The notes below the pieces were generated by a model. That model made no database searches, had not been told where the DNA came from, and saw nothing but the letters and a program-made list of their open reading frames with translations. A stretch of DNA of 36,681 nucleotides from a virus, in IMG/VR virus record IMGVR_UViG_3300038321_000136, positions 1 through 36,681 of that record; one strand, given 5' to 3'. Every line of letters begins with the position of its first letter. The first letter of the stretch is position 1. Made by a program: the position numbers and the translations under genes. Positions 14,542 through 21,330 of this stretch are shown in pieces.

Positions 14542-14643
14542 GTGCTGGAGGGCACCTCTAAAAATTTCGGGGGCACGGCGCACGTCACAGTGCCGCGGAA
14601 ATACTCCGGCAAGCGGGTCAAGATCGTGGTGCTGGAACCCTGA
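14542..14643 (+). CDS. DUF2080/AbrB-like miniprotein (33 aa). It is the only plus-strand gene proposed and is probably leaderless.
   Basis: GTG at 14542. Translation is (M)LEGTSKNFGGTAHVTVPRKYSGKRVKIVVLEP. AAGCGGGTCAAGATCGTG nearly matches the coding DNA of the 13444..13596 protein. Confidence 0.4.
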   Translation: MLEGTSKNFGGTAHVTVPRKYSGKRVKIVVLEP

Positions 14644-14648
14644 GACTT

Positions 14649-14666
14649 CCCGGCAAATTTGCCGGG
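14649..14666. terminator. Perfect 18-bp palindrome between convergent genes, a candidate bidirectional terminator.
   Basis: CCCGGCAAATTTGCCGGG lies between the plus-strand stop at 14643 and the minus-strand stop at 14671. Confidence 0.5.
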
Positions 14667-14670
14667 ACGT

Positions 14671-15015
14671 TCAGAGGTTCGCCTTCCGGGCGTCGAACGA
14701 CCCGATCACGGTAAACGTCCCCTCGACGGCACGCCGGGGCAACCATATCCCGTCGCCGTCCAGCCACTCGAACGTGCCGTTCGGGTGTTCCATCACCACG
14801 AGGAGGTGATAGACGTCGACCTCCTGGTCGTATTTGTCGACCATCCAGTAGCCGAGATCCGCGTCACCGGCGTAGGTCGGCTCCAGTAGGTCGCAGGGAT
14901 GATATTTGTTCTGCGGCAGGCTCACCAGGTAGGCGAGCGCCACGACGAGCAGCACGACCCCGATCACCACGGCGACGGTGCGCGGAGTCCAGAAAGATGA
15001 TTGAGCATCAGTCAT
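14671..15015 (-). CDS. Membrane-anchored protein (114 aa, N-terminal transmembrane helix) with its own promoter and terminator.
   Basis: Translation begins MTDAQSSFWTPRTVAVVIGVVLLVVALAYLV.... A TATA box is centred about 27 nt upstream of the ATG, which suggests a leaderless transcript. Confidence 0.65.
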   Translation of the reverse strand: MTDAQSSFWTPRTVAVVIGVVLLVVALAYLVSLPQNKYHPCDLLEPTYAGDADLGYWMVDKYDQEVDVYHLLVVMEHPNGTFEWLDGDGIWLPRRAVEGTFTVIGSFDARKANL

Positions 15016-15060
15016 GTGAGAGAATAGGGGGGAGGAGGTATATATAGGCGATTACGATGA
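15016..15060 (-). promoter_or_regulatory. TATA promoter of the membrane-protein gene.
   Basis: GTATATATA lies at 15038-15046. Confidence 0.5.
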
Positions 15061-15121
15061 CTGCATCGGAGAGCGTGGGGCTGGGATTACGCATACGTTC
15101 GTATACATACCTGCTCGTACT

Positions 15122-16309
15122 CTACCACGGTCCACTCGGCTGACGTATCTGGTATACCACGCGGAGTGAAAAGACCTTTACGTTCATGATTCTGCTATCA
15201 CCATTTGGGTTACCGCTTCGGAACCAAACCTCTACGACCTCGCCGGGACTAACCGGCACGTTAATCCATTTAGTATGAAAGGAGAAGTGGATCATATCGC
15301 TCGACAATGTAACTCGTGAAACCCCTCCAACCCGGAAATCGACTTCACATGGTGAATTATCTCCACCCCATGCGGATAGGTCGCATTGAACGGTGATGCC
15401 CGACCCTTCGGCGGCAATGAATCCCGAAGAGGGTATAGGGGGAAATGTCTTAGCCAGAACGTATGATGTTGAAGCGGTTGCAAATTCGGTCAAGTCCTGA
15501 TATACCTGATTTGCTGCACTCCGAGACTCGTCGGGTAGATGCAAGAACTTCACATCTGTTAATAATGGGACCAACACCGCTCCGGTGATTGCTCCCACGT
15601 TCGTAATATTCTTGCCATTCCAATCCTTGTTTGCATCAATCGCGATCTGCGAGATCCCAAATCCCCCGATCTTTGCCGCGATCTCCGCGTCCACATATCC
15701 CTTCCGCGCCGCGTCCATCGCCGCGCTCGGCACCGGCAGCCCGGTCAACGCTTTGCCCTGCATATCCACCGCGCCAACCACCTCCAACTGTGAGGAGGGC
15801 ACATAGGCCGGGCACGCCACGCCGCAGAGGTTCACATTGCCCCGCTCGTCAGTGATCTTCTCGGACAGGATCGAGGTCGCCCCCGCCTCCACCCGCACCT
15901 GGGCGAGCGAGAGTTCCCAGATCTCCGCCGTCCGGGTCAGGGCCGGCGCGGCGGGCTCCGGGGCAGCAGTCCCGGGTTTCACGACGATATCGATCGTCCG
16001 TCCGGGGGAGGCGTTCAGCCGCACGACCACCCGATCGATCCGGGGATAGGTCGCGTGGGCCGTTGGCACCGCCAGCGTCAGCGCCGTATCGTTCTCGCAG
16101 AACCGGCCCTGCACCATCGCGGTCCCGGTCCCGACCAGGACGGTCATCGCCGGCGGGTCCGTCACCGTGACGGCCATCTCGTTCCCGTCGCCGTGGACGA
16201 TCCCATCCCGGATATGCTTAGCCATCATCCTGCTCAGGAGCGCCGCGGAATACACCCGGTCGGGGTTCTGCGGATCGCTCACGTCGAAAATGCCAGTGTT
16301 CAAGGTCAT
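15122..16309 (-). CDS. Tail fibre / receptor-binding protein (395 aa).
   Basis: The N-terminus ...YSAALLSRMMAKHIRDGIVHGDGNEMAVT...VLVGTGTAMVQGRF...PRIDRVVVRL and the motif MQGKALTGLPVPSAAMDAARKGYVDAEI are typical of phage fibre proteins. It is the terminal gene of the tail module. Confidence 0.75.
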   Translation of the reverse strand: MTLNTGIFDVSDPQNPDRVYSAALLSRMMAKHIRDGIVHGDGNEMAVTVTDPPAMTVLVGTGTAMVQGRFCENDTALTLAVPTAHATYPRIDRVVVRLNASPGRTIDIVVKPGTAAPEPAAPALTRTAEIWELSLAQVRVEAGATSILSEKITDERGNVNLCGVACPAYVPSSQLEVVGAVDMQGKALTGLPVPSAAMDAARKGYVDAEIAAKIGGFGISQIAIDANKDWNGKNITNVGAITGAVLVPLLTDVKFLHLPDESRSAANQVYQDLTEFATASTSYVLAKTFPPIPSSGFIAAEGSGITVQCDLSAWGGDNSPCEVDFRVGGVSRVTLSSDMIHFSFHTKWINVPVSPGEVVEVWFRSGNPNGDSRIMNVKVFSLRVVYQIRQPSGPW

Positions 16310-17745
16310 CGTCTTGTCTCCGCGTTATCTCGCTTCACGGTCCGGAGCAGGCTGATTAAGTCCGGCCACTCCTTCCCGAGCCCGAGCACAATCCGCCCGG
16401 ATGGATACTGTTCGGTCACGGCAACGATCCGGGCCTGCATCGTAGCAACGCCCGGATACTCGGCGCTCACGATATCGCCGAGGTCAAAGTCAGTCATGTA
16501 GCGATACGTCGGGGTCGGGATATACTCGACCTCAAGGGACGTCGTCTCCCCGACTTCCGCGAGTTTCTCTTCCCCGCGGGCGATCAGGGCGTCGGTCGCG
16601 TCCAGGTCCCGGGCGTCGATGTAGACCTCGCGCCGGTCCCACCCGGTCGCCGTCCCGACCTCAGTGATCGTCCGGAGGTCAGCCTCTCCCTGCCCGGCCA
16701 CGATCGCCAGGGTCGGGGCGTCTGAGAGGCAGGCCCGGTAGCCGGCGATCAGGCAGTTGCCGAGCCTCGGGGAGAGCAGGATCTCGGCGCTCCGGTCCGC
16801 CCCCTCGAGCACGTCGAAGAGGATCTCGCCGGTGTCAGGGGACCAGAGGATACCCCACCCGAGACCTGACTGGAGGGCGATGGATTCCAGGATCTCCGGC
16901 AGCGATTGGAACCGGGCCCGGACCTGCACCGTCCCCCCGCGCCCCTGGTCCACGAGCATCAGGTCGAGGCCCGGGATTGCCCGGTCGGGGTCGGTCGGAT
17001 TAACCGCGTTTACCTCGACATAGTGGCGCATGGCTGTCTCCCCGACGACGTCGATCTGCTCGTCGTAGCCGGTGCCGGCAGAGACCCCGTGCAGGCAGAT
17101 CCGGTCTTGCAGGATCGCGCCGAGGTCCCGGCCCGCGACCGTCCACGACTCTGATATCTCTCCCTCGTCGGTCATCTGCCCTTCGATGCTCTCAATGATG
17201 CCGACCAGGTGCCGGCCCCGGCGCGGCAGGGAGACATACCGGCCCTCCCGGAGTTCATCCGCGCCGGTAGTATATCGGGAGATCACGGCCTGCCAGGACC
17301 CGGGCGCCCGCCATCGTCGGGTCCACTCGACCGCCTCGTAGGCATCGACCACAGCCTTGAGCACGAGCGTGCTCCCGGACCGCTCGTAGACCCGCAGCGG
17401 TTCCGGCGGGGAGTCCTCAGGTTCGAGCGCCGGCCCGATCTTCATCTGGAAGTATCCAGCCGCCGGGAGTGTGGTGCTGGTCCCGTCCCCCCAGAGCAGC
17501 CGGACCTGCACATTGTAGGTGCCCGGGTGCACCGTGTCCGCCGGGTCGAACGCACAGAGGAGTTGTCCCGCTGCGGCGTCCTCGACGGTCATCGGCTGCC
17601 GAATTTGCCAGCCGGAGTACCGGGTGTGCGTGGCGTGCAGGGTCGCCGTCACGCCGGCGAGCGGAAGCGGGAGCCCTGACCGGGTCAGGGTCAGCCGGTA
17701 GAGCGGCCACGTCCCGGCCTGCTGGATGCTAATGTCAGTCGGCAT
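16306..17745 (-). CDS. Baseplate/tail protein (479 aa): an N-terminal BppU-like Ig domain plus a siphovirus Gp37-like domain.
   Basis: The first 110 aa or so are paralogous to the upstream 111-aa protein. The C-terminus WDRREVYIDARDL...DFDLGDIVSAEYPGVATMQARIVAVTEQ resembles the Gp37-like tail family. Confidence 0.65.
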   Translation of the reverse strand: MPTDISIQQAGTWPLYRLTLTRSGLPLPLAGVTATLHATHTRYSGWQIRQPMTVEDAAAGQLLCAFDPADTVHPGTYNVQVRLLWGDGTSTTLPAAGYFQMKIGPALEPEDSPPEPLRVYERSGSTLVLKAVVDAYEAVEWTRRWRAPGSWQAVISRYTTGADELREGRYVSLPRRGRHLVGIIESIEGQMTDEGEISESWTVAGRDLGAILQDRICLHGVSAGTGYDEQIDVVGETAMRHYVEVNAVNPTDPDRAIPGLDLMLVDQGRGGTVQVRARFQSLPEILESIALQSGLGWGILWSPDTGEILFDVLEGADRSAEILLSPRLGNCLIAGYRACLSDAPTLAIVAGQGEADLRTITEVGTATGWDRREVYIDARDLDATDALIARGEEKLAEVGETTSLEVEYIPTPTYRYMTDFDLGDIVSAEYPGVATMQARIVAVTEQYPSGRIVLGLGKEWPDLISLLRTVKRDNAETRR

Positions 17746-17746
17746 G

Positions 17747-18082
17747 TCAGATCAGCGAGTCCTCGATCGTCAGCGAGTAGTAGCCGGTCGTCGGCAGGAT
17801 CAGCACAGCGCCGTTGCCGAACGTCACAATGATCTCGGCCCTGCACCGGTCGCCCTGCAGGTAGTCGCCGACCTCCCGGTTAAACTGGCAGAGGCCGCCG
17901 GTCGCGTCGAGGATCTCCAGAGCCTCGTCGATCACGGTTGCCCGGGTGAGTTTCGACCGGGCGACCAGCCGCACCGTCGCCCCAGCGAGGGGCAGCGGGG
18001 TGTCGGGAGTGTCCGGTCGGTAAAGCGTCACGCGGTAGAGCGGGAGCGTGCTCCCCCTTTTGAATTTGATGTCGTCTGTCAT
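17747..18082 (-). CDS. Stand-alone BppU-N-like Ig-domain tail protein (111 aa).
   Basis: GSTLPLYRVTLYRPD...PLPLAGATVRL...LPTTGYYSLTI parallels the N-terminus of the next gene. Confidence 0.55.
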   Translation of the reverse strand: MTDDIKFKRGSTLPLYRVTLYRPDTPDTPLPLAGATVRLVARSKLTRATVIDEALEILDATGGLCQFNREVGDYLQGDRCRAEIIVTFGNGAVLILPTTGYYSLTIEDSLI

Positions 18083-18306
18083 ATCGGATACACTTCCTCA
18101 AACGATACCGAGACCCCGCCCGACACGTCCGGATAGGCCTCCGCGTAGAGTTGCGCGAACGCCGCCGTCGCGCGGAACGCAATCTCCCGCGTCACATCAT
18201 ACTCTGCCCGGTCGAACGCTGCCGACACCCGGGAGGCCCGGAACGCCAACCCCCGCCTCTGTGTCGCCCCCATGCGGCCGAACCGGATCGGGAACCGGGA
18301 GATCAT
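18079..18306 (-). CDS. Hypothetical tail-module protein (75 aa).
   Basis: ATG at 18306. Its stop overlaps the downstream ATG (ATGA). Confidence 0.5.
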   Translation of the reverse strand: MISRFPIRFGRMGATQRRGLAFRASRVSAAFDRAEYDVTREIAFRATAAFAQLYAEAYPDVSGGVSVSFEEVYPI

Positions 18307-18308
18307 TG

Positions 18309-18518
18309 TTAGCTCCTGCTATAGATCGTCTCGATGCCTCCGCGCTCTTCCCCGGTCTCGGGATCGATCTCCGTCAGGATATCGGCGATCGGCACCCGCC
18401 CAACCTCTTCATCGCCCTGGAGCAGGACGTATTCGTCTCCCTGTACCAGCAGCCGGTCGGCGTCGATCTCCTCGACGCCAGCGGCCGTGTGGATGCGCAT
18501 AATTTGCTTTCCCGTCAT
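18309..18518 (-). CDS. Hypothetical acidic protein (69 aa).
   Basis: ATG at 18518. It is preceded by a 76-bp gap. Confidence 0.5.
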   Translation of the reverse strand: MTGKQIMRIHTAAGVEEIDADRLLVQGDEYVLLQGDEEVGRVPIADILTEIDPETGEERGGIETIYSRS

Positions 18519-18594
18519 GTTCTCAGTCCCGTGATTTCTGCCAGATTTTCAGGCGTTCGTGCCGTTCTACCATACAGATCGCCAGATCTTCAGA

Positions 18595-20085
18595 TCAACA
18601 GACTCCGCGGAAGCCGACGCCGTTGCTCACGCTGGGCGGGGCGTCGCCCACGCTCAGATAAAACAACCCCGCAACCGCGGTGATGCCCCAATTCCCGCCC
18701 CGCCTCGCGGCACGTTGGCCGGTGTTCTGGTAGTAGTAATTCGAGTCGAACTCCGCCTGTGCACTCCCGATCGTTTTCGGGGCGAATATCTCAGCCCCGA
18801 GCGACCGAGCCCCGTCAGGAGCCGGGTCGTAGAGCGCCTGGACGTTCCCGTTCGTCGTGGGCAGGATGTGTCCTGCTCCGGGATACTCCGCGTCGATCGT
18901 GTGGTCTGCTGCGGTCCCGATCAGGAGATCGACCCACTCCCACACGTTACCCTTCAGATCCCAGATCCCTGACTCCTTGCCGTTGTGCGACCAGGAGAGT
19001 GGGCCGGATCCCGTGAGGGTGCGGGCAACCGCGTTGCCATTATACCCGGGTCGCACCGGGTCCGGGATCCCCTCGTAGACCCTCTCGCGGGGGTCTCCGT
19101 GGAATTTGCCCCAGTCGGTGTTCCCCTTGCAGTACGGCAGTCCGCACTCAACCATAAGGATCCGCGCAAGAGCCGCGAGAGAGAACCACTCGTATCCCCC
19201 CGGTAGGAACCGCCGCACGATTGTATACTCGTCGTCGGACGTGACTGGCGCCGGGAGCGCCGGATAGAATTCGACCAGTTTTGCAGCGTTCGGGTTGGCG
19301 TCGGCGTCCCCTCCAGTCCGGACGACCCGCCGAACGTAGGCCACGCCGCCCTGAGTGAGGTAGACCCTGCGGCCGATCAGGTGGCCAGCATTCCCAGCAT
19401 AGAACTGTGTAGTGCTGCCGCCGCTGTAGGGAGCGCATGTCCCTGTAGCCTTGTTTGCAGCTCCGCCCCGGTTCTCGATCGCGGCCCGGGCGTTAGACCA
19501 GTTGATGTCGGTCCACGGCACCACGTGCGGCTTGCAGGCGGCCCCGTTTAGCCCGGGGCTGTTCGCACTGACTGATCCGCGCGATGACTCGGTGGCGTCG
19601 AACATGCACGCCTGATACTTGTCAATCCAAAACCCGCCGCAATCTAGGTTGTTCAGGTTCTCCTGCGACCAGTATCTCGACTTGAACTGAGGGATCCAGA
19701 CCTCATGGATCTCCAGGGTATTCCCCGCGCCGTCCTTCTCGAAGACAACGCGATTGAGAAGTTCGGGAATTGACCCCCGGGTTGCATGCGTCTTGAGGGA
19801 GTTATGATCATATGCTGAAAAGCCCCGGAACGCATACGTTCCGACGGGCCAGGTTGCGGTCGGCCCTTCGACCTGTGTGATGCCGGTCAGGGTGTTCCCA
19901 GATTTCCCCGTGTAGAGAAACACTCCGGACCCCGGCGTTCCCTCAAGACAGATGAGGTTTGGGGCGGCGGGGAGTTGCGATGCGAGCGTCAGGACAATTG
20001 TCGTCCCGCCGCTAGTGTAGTCAGCCGCGAGAGTCGTATACGGGCTCCCGGGCTGCGCTGGATACAGTCTCGGTAATTCATCCAT
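18595..20085 (-). CDS. Tail fibre/spike protein with a C-terminal FGE-sulfatase (C-type-lectin-fold) domain.
   Basis: The N-terminus PGSPYTTLAADYTSGGTTIVLT...LPAAPNLICL...LYTGKSGNTLTGITQVEGPTATWPVGT...SAYDHNSL is a common fibre N-domain. The C-terminus GIWDLKGNVWEWVDL...RGGNWG...GVGFRGVC is the FGE-sulfatase signature. Confidence 0.8.
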   Translation of the reverse strand: MDELPRLYPAQPGSPYTTLAADYTSGGTTIVLTLASQLPAAPNLICLEGTPGSGVFLYTGKSGNTLTGITQVEGPTATWPVGTYAFRGFSAYDHNSLKTHATRGSIPELLNRVVFEKDGAGNTLEIHEVWIPQFKSRYWSQENLNNLDCGGFWIDKYQACMFDATESSRGSVSANSPGLNGAACKPHVVPWTDINWSNARAAIENRGGAANKATGTCAPYSGGSTTQFYAGNAGHLIGRRVYLTQGGVAYVRRVVRTGGDADANPNAAKLVEFYPALPAPVTSDDEYTIVRRFLPGGYEWFSLAALARILMVECGLPYCKGNTDWGKFHGDPRERVYEGIPDPVRPGYNGNAVARTLTGSGPLSWSHNGKESGIWDLKGNVWEWVDLLIGTAADHTIDAEYPGAGHILPTTNGNVQALYDPAPDGARSLGAEIFAPKTIGSAQAEFDSNYYYQNTGQRAARRGGNWGITAVAGLFYLSVGDAPPSVSNGVGFRGVC

Positions 20086-20091
20086 AGTTCA

Positions 20092-20448
20092 TCACTCCGG
20101 GACGTAGATCGGTGTGATCACGGCCACCCGATCAGTGGGGAGGTAAAGCAGTGCCCCGGCGATCGGTCCCTCTGCGATCGGAGTGCTGTCCGTCGTGTTG
20201 CGGAAAATCGCCGCCCGTTCTACCGATACCGGGAGCGAGGGCACGTCCGACCCGGTCACCGTGACCTTGAACCGCACCGGGCTCGTCCCCGCGGTCCCGA
20301 TGCGCTCGCACCGAGGGTCCGATGTGTCGAGCCGGAGTAGCTTGGACCCCGCTCCATCCTGGAGCTCGACATACCAGTGTTCAACCGCCTTTTCGATCAT
20401 GTCCTTATATCCGATCTCCCCGATCGGAACCGATATCGGATCTGCCAT
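20092..20448 (-). CDS. Hypothetical tail protein (118 aa).
   Basis: ATG at 20448. It lies between Dit and the fibre gene. Confidence 0.55.
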   Translation of the reverse strand: MADPISVPIGEIGYKDMIEKAVEHWYVELQDGAGSKLLRLDTSDPRCERIGTAGTSPVRFKVTVTGSDVPSLPVSVERAAIFRNTTDSTPIAEGPIAGALLYLPTDRVAVITPIYVPE

Positions 20449-20451
20449 TCT

Positions 20452-21330
20452 TCATGCTCCTGTATAGCGGGATGCATACTCGATCGTGACGGTCGCGCTC
20501 CCGCTGGCCGCGGAATACGTCACGATGTTCTCACCGGGCAACAACTGCCAGAACGTCGAGTCTGACGACAGGTACTGCATGGCGTTGGTCTGGGTGCCGT
20601 TCGCGGCCTGCAGCCGGCAGAGCAGGTTGCCGTAGGCGGTGTCGATCAGGACCGTCTGCCCCTCCAGGACGTCCAGCGTCAGGGCGATCTGCTCCCCTGT
20701 CGTCAGGTTCTCCACGACCGGGTTTAAGCACGGGCCGGGGATCTCGATCCGGATCGGGGCGGCGATATCGCCGTCGTTGATGATGACCATCGTCGCGCCC
20801 ATCGCCGCGAACGAGGTCGGGAATGAGGCCGGGAACGCGAGCCCGCCGGTCAGCCCGGCGAGCGGCAGCGTGGTCGCGGCAGCGTCGAACCAGCACGGGT
20901 CCGGCGCCTGCAGGTCCACCACGACTTCCTGCCAGACCCGGCCCTGTGCCTGCCGGCCGGGAGTGAACGAGGGCGAGCCGGAGAGGGCCACGCACCGGAG
21001 CGCATACTGCGTCCCGTCTTCCTGCGTCCAGACAAGGGTGCCGGGGGCGTAGCGAGGGTTGAAGGCCGCGGCGATCCGCCGGCGCTTCTGCTCGACTCCT
21101 GCCCGGTCCGGTGCGAGGAGGAGGAACCGGACCATCAGCGTGCGGGGCGAGAGCCGGACGGTCTGCAGAGTCGTGCCGTCCTGGTAGGCGCCTCGCCGGG
21201 TCTGGATCTCGTTGTCGGTGCCGCCGAACCCGTCGCTAGAGAGGTAGTGGAACATCGGCTCGGGGGCGGCCTGTGACGGGTCTGCGATCACCAGCGTGTC
21301 GCCGTTCGCGGCGAACCAGGTCAGATGCAT
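20452..21330 (-). CDS. Distal tail protein (Dit, siphovirus tail family), 292 aa.
   Basis: Internal ATG at 21330 forms a TGATG overlap with the tape-measure stop. Its position directly after the tape measure and its size fit Dit. Confidence 0.7.
   Translation of the reverse strand: MHLTWFAANGDTLVIADPSQAAPEPMFHYLSSDGFGGTDNEIQTRRGAYQDGTTLQTVRLSPRTLMVRFLLLAPDRAGVEQKRRRIAAAFNPRYAPGTLVWTQEDGTQYALRCVALSGSPSFTPGRQAQGRVWQEVVVDLQAPDPCWFDAAATTLPLAGLTGGLAFPASFPTSFAAMGATMVIINDGDIAAPIRIEIPGPCLNPVVENLTTGEQIALTLDVLEGQTVLIDTAYGNLLCRLQAANGTQTNAMQYLSSDSTFWQLLPGENIVTYSAASGSATVTIEYASRYTGA

Noticed and set aside
18519-18594. Triple GATCTG in the 76-bp gap upstream of the 69-aa gene, read as a regulatory repeat.
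   Set aside because: The motif is short, GATC-containing hexamers look common throughout this genome, and there is no symmetry or spacing pattern to support a binding site.
18595-18760. A diversity-generating retroelement targeting the FGE-sulfatase domain C-terminus.
   Set aside because: Reading the whole window, I found no second copy of this segment (template repeat) and no ORF with reverse-transcriptase motifs. A systematic self-alignment is still needed.
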